This document shows, in pieces, positions 47,814 through 60,863 of a DNA stretch of 64,000 nt; the stretch's first letter is position 1; each line of letters opens with the position of its first letter. The DNA is from Nemertoderma westbladi (taxonomy: Eukaryota; Animalia; Xenacoelomorpha). Position numbers and translations under genes: made by a program. The notes under the pieces were generated by a model. That model was given only the letters and a program-made list of their open reading frames with translations. It was not told the DNA's origin and searched no databases. The DNA lies in the NCBI GenBank assembly GCA_032718475.1, contig JAUCBJ010007101.1, positions 55,381 to 119,380 on the forward strand. Direction: 5' to 3'.

Positions 47814-50800
47814 ATGTCTGACACCCAGCAAAACCTATCAGACAGTCTAATCGATACAACCATCTGTGACACAGATAGGAGTGTGGAGCGATTAAGAAAG
47901 GAGTTCAGCTCACCTCCTACTGAAAGAAAGGTCATCCCTCCAGTAGTAGTATCAGACCCTAAGCTAATCCAACACCGTAGGTCTATCATCGGCACTCGAG
48001 CCCAAGTCAAACGGAACCAGGAAGCAGCTGTCCAACAGCAGCAACATCCTAGTCAAGAAACTTGTTCCCAGCGATCCGATAGCTCCAGTAGTTCGGATGC
48101 TGTAGAGCTGACCCCCGAACGCGGAGTGCAGATGACGGCTACAGCCTACTCGGATCCCCTTCTCACCCTTCCTGCCGCAGTGCTAACTACTATATTGATT
48201 GCGGTGGAGGAACATCAAGCCGATTGGGCGAGAAGTAAGCGAGCGACCCAAGATAGTTATGCGGGATACGCCAGGGAAGAATTGATGTCTATTGTCGAGT
48301 CACAATGGAACTTTCCCGGACCCGGACTCCCGTTAGATTTGTCCGAAGCTACTTGGGAAGATATACACAGGATGGGAGTGACTAAAGATACAATGGATCC
48401 AGCTGTTTGGAAGAGGTCGGCAGCAGGATATGTGCAGGGATTCTTCGGCTCCTTGGAGCGATTGGAAGAACAACTGTTTCGACAACCCCAAGGACCTCAA
48501 GAGCAGGAAGAGCTGCTATATCAAGTACGCGAAAGAACCCTACGCATTAGACTAATCCTATCAGCCTTTGAGGAAACTTCCAAAAGAAGACAGGACACGT
48601 CGCTGCAGGTTGCTGTCAAAACTTGGTTCCAGCGGGTAGGTCTCAAAGTAAAGTACAAGAAACGGACCAGTGGAAATCCCAGCTGTCTGAGAGACTAACC
48701 TATGAAGAACCAACCGATGCCACCCTTTCTCAAGTGGAAGGCGAAGAGACCGCAGAGAGACCACGAACGAGAGACGCCATCGACATTTATCTGTCCGACT
48801 ATCAGCGTTTCCTAGGAGACGAAGAGTTGAGGAGACGGCTGTCTGGACTTTCCCCTAATAGTGAAGGAACCCAGCGTGTGTTAGACTCAATCGATGCTGA
48901 AATGTTAGCTGCTAACCAAGCTGAGTTTGATGAAAAACTCCGCCTCACTAGAGTCCAAGAAGAACTAGTAAAGAAAAAAAGGATAGAGGACCGAAAGGCA
49001 GCTGCAGTAACAGCGGCAATGGCCGAAGTGGAAGCAGAAAGAAAGGCAGCGGCGGCAGAAGTAGAAGCAGAAAGAAAGGCAGCGGCGGCAGAAGCAGAAG
49101 CAGAAAGAAAGGCAGCGGCGGCAGAAGCCGAAGCAGAAAGAAAAGCGACTGTGGCAGCAGCAAAGGCAGTGGCAGAAGCAGAACAGAGGGCGTCTGAAGA
49201 GACCACACAACTGGAGTTGGAAAATCTTCAAGAGACGCAAGATTGCATAAATAAACAGTTAACTGCTAGTCAAATGCAGATGAGGAGTCGATCTACTCCC
49301 AAACGCCAGGGATACACCTCATCAGAGGAAAGCGAAACCACCGATCCTGAAGGTGGAGGAAATAGATCTCGTCTAAGCAGGCGTAGAAAAACATCTCACC
49401 GTCACAAATTGCCTGATTTGCCCCCAGCAGTTAGAAGACAACTAGCTAGCCCAGACTTAGGTAGTATAGAACCTACAGACCAAATTATTCAGGTCAAAAG
49501 ACTCCCTACAATAGTTGATGAGCCTGAAATAATTAGGCCTGTCGTTCCCAAAGTCACTTCTGTGCTAGAGACCCCTGTACTTCCAGAGCTTAACTCTAAA
49601 TTCCCTTTACACAGTACTACACTGCCTGTACCCGGTAGAACAGTCCATGAGAATATCCCTGTCCTGGAAGCTGAGAGAGAAATCAAAGATTTGTCTCCCG
49701 TCGTCCCGCGTCAGCCCGCTACAATGTTGGCGACTCCCGCTTCGGCGGTCGAGTGGGTAGAGGAGGGACGGCGGGGGATGAATCTCCTGCTCGGACAGAT
49801 GCAGGAGACTGTCCACCAGCTTAAGGGAACAGTAAGGGAAGGTAGGGCAGAATTGCAAGAAGGGCAGCAAAGTATCGCACTGGAACGCGACAAATTAGTC
49901 AATATACAAAAAGGCATACCAATACCCCCTGTAACATTGTGTCAACCTGTTAGGTCTGAAGTATTACATGCGCAAGGTGTGGAGCCTACACGCATCTATA
50001 CTGCTAGTGAAGTAGAAACTCCTATAGCAAACCCTATTAAGGGTGATTATAGACCTGTTATTAATGATATTCCCTATAGACCTGACAATGATCTGAGAAA
50101 TTTATATACCGATAATTCGATATTAAATAACACGATGGCCCAAGAAAGCTTTACGCGTCAGATGGCTAGAACAGAAGCCCGCCAAGCGGTCAAAGTTTGA
50201 GAGATCGTCAAATTCAATGGAGATGAGATGAAATGGTTACCTTTCAACGAATATTACAAAGACAGCATACAGAACTCTGTGCTATCTAACGGAGAGAAAC
50301 TTAGGTTCCTCATCAAGTGCTTGGAAGGACCTCCCAAGTTAATGGCGTTAAAGTTTATTGGACATCCAGAAGGATTAAGACAAGTTTGGGATACATTAAA
50401 CATCAGGTATGGTAACAAGGATAACATAGCTAAGTATTTGTATGCAAAATTAGTAGCCCCCCGAAACTTCCTTAGTAGCGGGATTATAGAGTTTTCCGAT
50501 GAGATTCAGGAGATCTGTAGACAATTGGACTGGTTAGGTAAGTCTCATGAATATCAGAGTTCCATGGTTATTGGAGCAGTAGTCTCTACTTTACCAAAGG
50601 GTGGAGTATGTACATGCTGGAACAAGAAAGTGTTGTATATGAATGAGCAACAACGACGAAGCCCTACCATGGCTGATCTCATGTCCTTCTTAGATAGTGA
50701 AGTAAAATTACAACTCATAAAGCAGTCCAGAGAGAAAACATCGGAAAATAAGGTAAGTGAGAAACCCGTTTCTAGGAGAAGGATAATACCAGTGTGTTAT

Positions 50801-52477
50801 ACTGACGACGGCGAAAGCCAAGCTTCTCAGGAAGAGGACAGCGGGAAAGACACAGCAAAATCTTACTATGACAACAAGACCTATAAAGACGTAAGTAAAT
50901 ACAAGTCTCGAACCAGTGACAGGAGAGAACAGGTAACAACAACTCCTCCTACGTCTCCTAAGAGAATTCACGGAAGAAACCCCGAAGAAAGAACGAGAGT
51001 GCATAACGTTACCCAAGGTAAGGTGAGTAACATCAGACCAAAATGTGCGCTGTGCGACGGGCCCCACCGTTTGAGTGCGTGTGCTGAATTTCTAAAGAAA
51101 TCCCTTGTAGACAGACGTACAGTCCTGTGGAATAAGCGGTTATGCTATAATTGCCTCAGATCAGGACACCAACGGCGAACCTGTTACTCCGACGTAAAGT
51201 GTGCAAAGTGTGGCGCGAAACATCACATCTTGTTACACAGTGAGTTCGAACGAGACAACCCGAGTCAGGTAAGTGAGCCCGAACTACATGTCCAATTCAG
51301 TGATGTAAATGACACTGATCAAGAGTCTGAGATGGAAGGATTCTATACTGACGAATTCTCCGACGCCAACGAATCCTGTTACCTAATAAATACCGCAGTG
51401 TATCGAGCACTTACGTATGAAAGGGACACCGACAATGAGTTCCCCCCAACTACCTTTGACAGACAACCATCTTGGAAACCTCCAACTTCCAACGTAGGAA
51501 TCAGAGAATTTCCGGTAGTGCAGGTAAGAGTTCACGGTCCTAACAAAAGTTACATAGTGAACGCCCTCCTTGACTCCGGCAGCACAGGAACATTCATCGA
51601 TCAAGAACTAGCCGAAGATATCTTTGCTGGACAACCCAAGTTCCGGACTAAATTGAATATGTCAGGAATTATGCAGGTTTGGAAATCTACCCTAACGGCA
51701 GACTACTATGTAGGTGTGTTGTCCACCCCCCAGGATAAATTAGGAGCACAAGGGATAAGGTCGGTAAAAATGGTGGCTATAAAGAACTTCGCTACTACCC
51801 AAGCAGACCTTTATAATTGGGACGAGGATGAGAGCATCCAACATCTTAAGATACCTCGATTCCAGACAGATTATCCTGGAGTGCAAATACTCATCGGCCA
51901 AAACGCGCATGAGGCGCTCGAGACATTGGAGAAACGGCCTGCTCAACCGCAGCCACTACAAACCTATGCGGTAAGAACTAGAGTAGGTTGGTACTTCACT
52001 GGCCCTTCCCGTAGAACTCTCAAAGAGAGATTACCTCAACAACAGGTATACCAAGTAAAGGAATGGGAAGTGGAGAGCAGTGAGGTGGACGACCCAACTG
52101 AGGGAACACCATACTCCTCAGATAATGACGATATTAACTCCAATGTAGATCAATGGAGACATTGCCTTGGGACGATTAATCCAGCCGACATTGCTTCCAG
52201 AGGAGCAACTCCTCAAGAACTGATAGATACTCCAGGCTGGTTAGGTGGATCCGACTTCTTAAGTAAAAAAGAAGAAGAATGGCCTCCTCATCTTACAACG
52301 GCGGAGATTAGACAGGCCAAGGGAGCGGAGAAAGTAACACAACAACTCAATCGCCCAGCTAGTCGTTTATGTTTACTGGAAAGAGACCGAAAACTGTCCG
52401 GAAACTATGGAAGGCAAGAGACTCTTCCTACGACCACTTCCCTAATCCGACAAATATCTAGGGACTCCATAACGTAA
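47814..52477 (+). pseudogene. gag: Gag-protease ORF of copy F (frameshift near 48640, GGA>TGA at 50198-50200)
   Basis: Three consecutive ORFs colinear with copy C; same RT/RH and IN deletions. Confidence 0.93.
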
Positions 52478-52495
52478 TAACATATGGAGTGGGCG

Positions 52496-52905
52496 TGTGA
52501 CTATATCATTTTATATTTGTTTGTATTTTTATATTTATGTATGTATTATTATGTAATTTTATTATAATCGTTTTCTTTAATTTTATTTAGTAGAATGTTA
52601 TTTTAGTGATTATTTAGTAGATTAGTGCAATATATTAGTGTTTATTACGTACGTAATTACTTATAATATACATTTAGTGCGACGGCGAGAAATAATTATT
52701 TTTCTCTTTCCTTACTGTCCGTATCCTATTATAAATACGCGACTACAGTAAGATGAAATGTCCGTACTTATTAAAGTACAATAAAGCTCACTACTATACT
52801 CAAGTATTATTGGTAGGCAGAGTATTAGGAATGCAAAGTTCAGATCCTCGTGTCTCGGCTAAACCAAGCTCTGGGTAGACCTTGGAAACGACTTGCCTCT
52901 TCACA
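52496..52905 (+). repeat. Internal LTR-like block after the polyprotein stop (also in B and C)
   Basis: Preceded by PPT-like TGGAGTGGGCG; TGTGA...TCACA termini; TATAAATA and AATAAA inside. Confidence 0.5.
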
Positions 52906-54107
52906 CTGACATTGCTTCGTGCGATATTGCTCTTCTACCTTATATTAAATAATACATATAGTAGCGTGATGTCCCTCTAACAGTAGCGTAAAACGCAAAT
53001 AAATCTGTTAAACCTTTTGACCATCTGTAATTCTAGTCGATTAAGATATCGCGGCACCCACCGATATACTTGAAAGACAAATTCTAGAATCAGTGGTTAA
53101 CGTCCCCAGACAAGTTCTGGAATAAATCGGTGCCCATCTTAAATATTAATTTAATATTTATTAAAATCTGTAAAATTCAGATCCTTTAAAATTTCTAGTC
53201 AATTAAGATATCGTAGCACTTACCGATACTCTTAAAAGACAATTTTAGAGAATTAAGGATCCTAGGTCCCCAGACATGCTCTGGAATAAAATTGTGTCAA
53301 TTTTACCATCAAATAATAAAATTCACGGGAATAAATTTAAATTCATATCTTAAATGAATTTCATAAATTGTCATTTGTGCAATTTATAACATTCCCAAAA
53401 TTCCATTAATTAATAGATCATGGGAGCGGAGATTCATCCTATTGAGTGTATTAGAGTGCGAGAATCTCCAACATATAGTCAATAGCCGATAAAATTAATA
53501 AAATCATACATAAAGAGGATATTGACAATTAAAGAATTACTATTAAATAGCATTCCAGATCTGTATGCATTGGAATTACCCTAATTCTACCGCTAGCTTT
53601 CCATAATGTCACCATAGCAACACCCACGCTAGAATTAGAAGCAAGTTAAAAGAACAATAGAAAGCTTGTCCCATTGCATAGCATAGAGAATACATAGCAC
53701 ACTGTTAGTATCCAAGGATACACAGTAATAACGTGACATTCTGGAAGGCACTGACTAACGGACAAATGGCCTGTATGTGTACAATTGGTGACAGTTATGT
53801 GGAATTTGTGCGTTTATAGGTGAATGTTACTGCTAAAGTATGTTTACAGTAGCTAGTCGCAATTGTGAAAGTAACCCAACTCTCCTATAGAAAGAACCTA
53901 AAGTGGATTCAAGCCTTTGGGACGGACAGTGGAGTGACTTGTGCCGGTTATCGTTGTCGTGCTGTTGCTACATGTTGGCGTAAACACCGCGACGACGGTA
54001 CATCGGCGCTGAGAATCCCACTGTCCGGGGGCAAAGAGAGGTAGGCAGCGACGTCCGCTCGCCTAAACATAAACTCATTTCGATATTAATAAACTCAGAT
54101 AGCAGAT

Positions 54108-55556
54108 ATGACGGAGTTGATAGAAGATGATCTTGGTATCAGGGAGCGATATACTCTACCTTTACAAGCATTTGTGGATAGCTTGATACGCGGTGAAACC
54201 GATCCAACCATTACGGAGGACGATGGTCGTTATATCGAACCGCCGATGTCCCAAGAGCAACTTACGCGTGAATTGGACTATCGAAAATTCACCGCTCGCT
54301 ATACGCATCGTAATAGTACGTATATGGACTCCCTAACTACCGGCCATCCTATCGATTTACATGATACGGACGATGTAGACACCGAAAGGGAAATGGTTCT
54401 ATTTAAATATCATACCCAGCGGAGTCGTAACGATAAACCGAGAATAGATCACGAAAATTCTATTCGTAACAGACTGGGAAGACGAACCAATATGCCTAGA
54501 ATCTGAGGAGATTCAGCCTATCGCGCCCGGAACAGCGACAACGATTACATCCTAGAATGGTATCAAGGTCCACAGTGTCTCACTGCGTACGATTATCGCC
54601 ATGCCAACTATGTTTCTCGGCAACGTTGTCGGTTATGCGCATCGAGAGACCATGTTACGCCCATGGACACAAACGTCCGCTGTTCCTATTTCCACGAACA
54701 ACCGGCGATGGAAATTTATTGCGCGTATTGCAGACTCAATAACTTGCACATTTTTGTGGTTTGCCCTCAATTTATGACTCAATGGCACCATGGTCAAGTA
54801 AAGGGACGCGCCAGTTTCGATTGCCCTTTTTAATCACGATTTGGAAAGCGTAGATGAAATGATCACACTACGTTACATCAGAGCTTGGGAAGCGAACGCT
54901 GATTTACATTGTGATTCGCGCCATCGTTATTATCCTGGACGCGCTTACGAAGGAGTTTATGCGTTCCATCCTTATCTATTCGCTTCTGTCGAACAGAAAT
55001 CACGCATATCGAGTTACGAACTACTGAAGTGCGTCGGAGAATGTATTTCAACCAAGTTCGTACGCAAATTCTCAGGAGTGTTAATCCTAGCGACCTTCAT
55101 TCCTATAGCTTAATCAATTATATCCGTCAGGACCCGGACTATGGAGACTTCTTTGTTAACTCACACCCCGAGTTACAGGAAGTATATCGACGGCCTTATG
55201 AATACCGAGCCTGCGAACGCGAGTTGGAAAGAACCATTAAACCCCGGAGGTTTCTAACTGCCTATGGTCCACCCACGGCTCTCGTTCAGACCACTCGTAA
55301 AGGACCCGTAAGAGCGGCTGTCTTAAAACGAGCTCTCAAAGCCGTTAGACCCCTCTCCCCCGACGTTGATGTCAATCAACCCGGTACTTCGACTGGCGGA
55401 TACACCGACCATAATCCTACACCCTCTGATGCAATCATATTGCACCCTTCACCCAGGAGTTATAGCCCTCCTTGTAAAGTGGCTCGCCCCAAAGAGAAAA
55501 AGACTCTGGCTAGCTTTAAAAAACTGCGTAAACGCCGTCCGCGCAAGAAAGACTAA
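54108..55556 (+). pseudogene. Accessory ORF of copy F (disrupted; Zn-knuckle central module)
   Basis: MTELIEDDLG...; in frame beyond a TGA: CRLCASRDH...C, CAYCRLNNLHIFVVC and a decayed third knuckle; basic C-terminus. Confidence 0.8.
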
Positions 55557-55634
55557 CTGTTTAGAGTATTTACGTATATTAGAAACTGTGATTTTGTATA
55601 TTTTATAGACTCAAATCCCATTTTCTGGGAGCGG

Positions 55635-56867
55635 TGTAAAAGCTTCTGTGGGATATAACTGGCCCTTTTGCTTCGCAATCCAGTTTCCCCCCAGGCGCTG
55701 GAATACTCTAAAAGGCTCTCTAACTATATATATGTTCCCCTCGCCCGCAAGGTACCGTTATAGGTGTTTTAACGGACATAAAAGTCATTCTTCTATATAC
55801 GTGCTTTGGAGGACATGGTAAGGCAAAAAACCCGCAATGCACCAAATACCCTTACACAGCTTAGCCTTGATGATTCAGATTGCGACATCTAACAGCTGGT
55901 TGCTGACATGGAAACGGCCATTGGACACATGGTTCTTTGTTTAGCTTAAGCCAATCAGAGCGATTTTTTCTGTCGATGTGGAGATATTCGGCCGATGATA
56001 CTAGGAGTGTTCAGTCTTACTGTTTTTGTGATACTGTTGTGTTCCTTCTATCTAGGCCAGGAACACCGGCTCTAGAGTCAATTCGTTTCAGACTTTAGAA
56101 GAAACATTAGTAGGCTTAAGATTATAGAGCGTATAACTGTTATCGGTCCAGTCAAACAGTGTTACCATCTTAACCTACCGTCTTAATGCTATTTACTGTT
56201 GTGTTTTGGTTGAATATTATTATTTGGAGAACATTTATAAAGAACCCAAATTTCCCAATTTTCTTGATACACTACAGGTTAGAGAGACGGGTTATATATA
56301 GCGATTGCGACTTATATTGTTGTGGTTTGTAGTGAATTTAATGCTATTTGATAAGCACTACATGAGTCCGTTGCTGCTCTCTTTATATATGATAAAATTC
56401 ATTGACGGTCGGCAAATTAGTGAGCAGTATTGTGTGTTACCGGTAGTGTGCCTGATTGTGACTGATAACTAAGCATTTCCTAAAGAATGCGCCTCATACG
56501 TGAATCATAAGCCTTACCGACTTACCGTTGTGATTAGTATAAGTCATATCTCTGTTTACCTAGATAGAGCGCCACGTCCTAAAGGAACTGTTAATATTTC
56601 CCGAAAGTGAATAATATTAGTCAGAAATTAATTATTAACGATCAATCGAATAATACAGTAAGCTTACACTGCAATAATAATCTAAGCCCTCAGAATCCAG
56701 TCTCCCGGGTATATCCAGCGGGTGAATGGACGCGCACTAGGCTGGCTTCTGCTAATGTTGTGTTTATTGGTATTAAATATTTGTCAACTTCTAAAGTCTG
56801 TTTATAAACCAAAAGACATATAAATTTTGGCAGGTTAAACTGCTAAAGGTCTTCAAAAGCGCGTACA
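55635..56867 (+). repeat. 3' LTR of copy F
   Basis: Preceded by TGGGAGCGG; matches 44346-45578. Confidence 0.96.
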
Positions 56868-58106
56868 GCGATTTTGTTCTAGTGTCAAGCTTGGGGGAAC
56901 CATAATGAGACACCTCCAATGTTATATAGTGTCTGGTTGGAGATGTGTGCATTGAACTTGACACAATAAACCCGGCGTAGCATTCTTGTGAATGTGCCAT
57001 CCAGAGATTTGGTGTCCTCAGCAGTTAGAGCCCAGCATGGACTCCCATAGAGGAGTACTGGAACTACTGCTGCTCTAAATAACCGGACCTTAAGTTTCCG
57101 ATTAATTCTCGGTGAGTTCCAAATCCTGGAAAGCCTATTCAAGGCTGCCCATGCCTTTCCCTTACCCATTCGAAGGTCCTCATCTGACTTCCGGATCCAT
57201 GATCCCAGGTAACAGAAGTCATCCACATGCTCAAGCATACCATCTTTTGAGCTTATGCTCATCCGATCAGAGACTTGCTGAGGACTTTCAAAGTTAACTG
57301 TCAAAATTTTGGTCTTTCTGGAGTTAATAAAAAGACCAACACTAGAAGCAGCATGTTCTAATGAGCTGAGGAGCCGTTAGGCTCCCTCTAGTGATTCTGA
57401 GAGTACTCCTAAGTAATCAGCAAGGTCTAGATCAGTTAGGTACTTGGCAGAATTTCCTCGACTTCTGGAGCCAGTGGGTGGAGTTATCATCACCCCATTA
57501 TCATTATGATGATTTAAGGACATGCGTAGAACATAGTCAACAACAATTATGAACAAGAATGGTGCAAGTGTGTCTCCCTGGAGGACGCCCCATAACACTT
57601 CAAATGGTTCTGTGTCACCGTCAACAGTAGACACAAATGTTGTCGAACCATCGTATACTGATCTGATTGCTGCAATAATTTCATCAGGAATTCCATATAA
57701 TGAAAGTATGCTGAACATACGTGAGCGAGAGACTGAATCAAAGGCCTTGAAGAAGTCAACAAAGATAACAGCCAGATGCCTGTCTTTCTTTTTTGATAAC
57801 TCTTCAATTATCCTTCTAAGTGCCAAAATGGGCTCCATGGTCCCACGACCTTTACGGAACCCATTCTGATTTCCACGGAGCAGTCTGTCAATGGGATACC
57901 GGATGCGATTTAATAGAATTCTATTGTATAGCTTTGCAGCAATCAAGATCAATGAGATTCCCAGAAAAGAACCATAGAGTGTTAGGTTGCCCTTCTTGGG
58001 AACTGGCACCAACTTATTTGTTTTCATTTCTTGTGGGACTCTTGTTGTACGGTACATGTCTACTATGATGGGATAGATGAGCTTTAAACACTCAGGTATT
58101 TTAAAA
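56868..58106 (-). mobile_element. Second, more decayed RTE-like RT fragment, 3' end cut by copy F
   Basis: Colinear with 35021-36257; stop and frameshift present; FADD mutated to LADY. Confidence 0.93.
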
Positions 58107-59128
58107 CCATTATTGGCTGTGTAGCTAATCTGCTTGGCCATGCCCTGTACCCCTGCTGGCAGGTGCAGGTCGCAGTGAAGTGCACTCAGAGAGAGTGGAC
58201 ATGAGAACACTCTACTCCTGACCAGCCATTAGTAGAATACCATCTGCCTGGCCAAGCCATATACCCCTGCAGCTAAGTATATGGGTCCTTAATCCAGGAC
58301 GAAGGTCCTGTCGTTATCCCAGAACGATGGGGGTCCTAGTTACAGGGCCATAGTTGTCCCACTAAAAGGGTCAATCTATACAGCCACAGGTGGGACAGAT
58401 TGGATGCAGGCGAAGCTTACTCGCGGGGGAAGTTTGATGCGTAACCCACGTATTGTAGGATATTCAAAATGGACCTGTAGCAGCACTCCGATAAAGGGTG
58501 CAAGTGCCAGAAACATTACTCGGAGTTTATAAATATGTTACAGATGGAAGTATCTATTGAACATTAAATGAATTATTATACTCATTTACAAACATGATCT
58601 CAGATAAGCTGTAAAGAACCATGTCTTATTTGAATTATCGCTTACAACAAATGAGAAATTTGTACATATAAATACAGTAACTTATTTTTGGACATTTCAT
58701 ATTCAATTAAATTAATATATGTCAGGATACCTCATCATCCATGTTTCGGAAATTTATCACAATCTGTGTGTGAAAGTGGAACAAAAGATGGCGACATACA
58801 ATGGTTATGTCGAACAATGGTGGAAGATGTATTGATGATAGTGCTATCTATTGTGGGGTATAGATCGTTGTGGTGTGCGAAATTACAGTTAATTAAGTGG
58901 GTTTTAAAATAAAGTTGTAAATGATAAAAAGGGAATTGGTTTTAAATCGAAGCAGGACCTTATCAGCAGGCCCGCCCCTGGAACTTTATCGCCCCTATAA
59001 ATTGCATTTTTGTTGAGAACTTATCGCCCCCATGTTCTGAGTTTTTAGGAACTTATCGTCTCTGGGTCTTTATCGCCCCTGAGTCTTTATCGCCCCCGAG
59101 TCTTTATATCCACTGGTCCTTTATAGCC

Positions 59129-59300
59129 CCTGTGGGGCGAGCCACGAAGTGAGTGAGCCTTAGCGTAGTGGTACCATTAATCAACCTGTGGGGCGAGCCA
59201 CGAAGTGAGTGAGCCTTAGCGTAGTGGTACCATCAATCAACCTGTGGGGCGAGCCACGAAGTGAGTGAGCCTTAGCGTAGTGGTACCATTAATCAACCTG
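59129..59300. repeat. 56-bp tandem repeat x3
   Basis: CCTGTGGGGCGAGCCACGAAGTGAGTGAGCCTTAGCGTAGTGGTACCATTAATCAA at 59129, 59185, 59241; preceded by TTATCGCCCC repeats. Confidence 0.93.
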
Positions 59301-60341
59301 TCGTTCTGTCGTGTTCAATTTTAAACGTTAATAACTCGGCCAATCTTTGATGAAATCTATCCAAACTTGGTATACATGTTGTTTGGCAAAAGTTTAGAAA
59401 TTTTCCAAGTAGAATTTCCGTGTGGCCTTCGAGAAGCTAAGATAATAGCAGTTAATTAGTTAATTAAGTTGATTACGGTGAAAACACCATTTTCAACCTG
59501 CCTTTTAAGGGAAATTAATTGTTTTACAGTATAAGATTTAAATAATTATACTTAAAAATTATACAGATGTAATCCACATACGCCATTCTATTATAGTTTT
59601 TAATTAGTTCAAGTGATTTGCTTTAATAAATGTGTCTTTAATTGATCTAAACGTAATTAAACGGCACAATTATTGAGTAAAAATTTAATCCTTCCCATTA
59701 TTGGTCAAGTCTCTGCTGGTGTGGAGCTAGCTAGCTGGGAGTTGTGGCTGTAGACTAAACCAGAGAGGAATTGTAATAGGCAACCAGTATTGCTATTCCA
59801 GCCCAGACAGCATTCTTTAAATCCAACATCCCAACATCCTTCCTGTATTCCAATTCCTATTGACTCTACTATAAGTGTTGTATTATTATCACTATCACTG
59901 AATTGTGTTTATTATAGGCTGGACGGGCCGCATAACCGTTCGACTACTACTGTACTACTATTGCTATCTCAGGTAAATGACAGATATAATAACATAAATA
60001 CAATCCATGGCATGGCTGTTGTAGGCTTCTGAAATAGTTTATTCCACAATGTATATGTCTGGTTATTTTTTAATTGAATTTTTGCAAAGTAGTAAAATTA
60101 ATGTTCTTAAAAATAATATTATTATTTTATATGACGAGATATGTAACCTAGGAAATTAGCTACATTTTTTTGCTGCAGCTTTAAGAGTGTACATTGATTT
60201 AATATTATTTCAATACCCATATTACTACATCGGCATAAGATGCGTTGGCGTGCTATCACACATCTCCACATATCACACATCTCCACATAGATGTATCAAC
60301 AGTTACTCGCACAGTTTCGAAACTTCGCATAGTTATAACTG

Positions 60342-60635
60342 TATAAAGATCGTCAGTCTGCGTTTAGGAAAAATATTTTATGACAAAACAGGACAAGCGA
60401 CGAGCGCAACGAGGCATATAATGAAGACGAGTACTGCGTTGACTAAATTATTATATAAACCACCTGGCTTCACATATTGATCGCATCCCTAGTTATTATT
60501 ATTATAAAGATCGTCCTAGCCTGCGTTTAAGAAATATATTTAAATACAAAACAGGACGAACGCAACGAGGCTTATAATGAAAACGAGTACTGCGTTTATT
60601 ATATTCCTATAAACCACCTGGCTTTGCATATTGAA
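60342..60635. repeat. Diverged ~135-bp direct repeat x2
   Basis: TATAAAGATCGTC...CGCAACGAGGC...GAGTACTGCGTT...TATAAACCACCTGGCTT..CATATTGA occurs twice. Confidence 0.8.
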
Positions 60636-60695
60636 CGTGCGATTGGTTCGTTATTATTATATTGGTTCTATCTATTATGCATCTATCGGTCAAGT

Positions 60696-60770
60696 GGTTC
60701 AGTAGCTCAGTTGGTAGAGCGTTGGAAATTATATGTGTAGTAGGTATCGAGTTCGAATCCTAGTAAGTGC
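60696..60770 (+). pseudogene. tRNA-derived sequence (SINE head or tRNA pseudogene)
   Basis: A box TAGCTCAGTTGG, B box GTTCGAATCC; anticodon and acceptor stems broken. Confidence 0.65.
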
Positions 60771-60863
60771 GAATTATTTTTTGTGTAGAATTTCAACTCA
60801 TTTAAATTAACCGCTACAAATTAATTGCATTTGTCTGTACCAATAAGGCTGTAGTTATTTGAT

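Larger units (their letters stand above)
44346..56867 (+). mobile_element. BEL/Pao copy F, non-autonomous (12,522 bp), flanks mismatched
   Basis: Two 1233-bp LTRs with a few differences; Gag-PR; accessory ORF; PPT-like tract; flanks ACCCC and GCGAT. Confidence 0.95.

Noticed and set aside
59129-59300. CRISPR-like regular repeats
   Set aside because: Head-to-tail units without unique spacers, no cas genes, eukaryotic TE context
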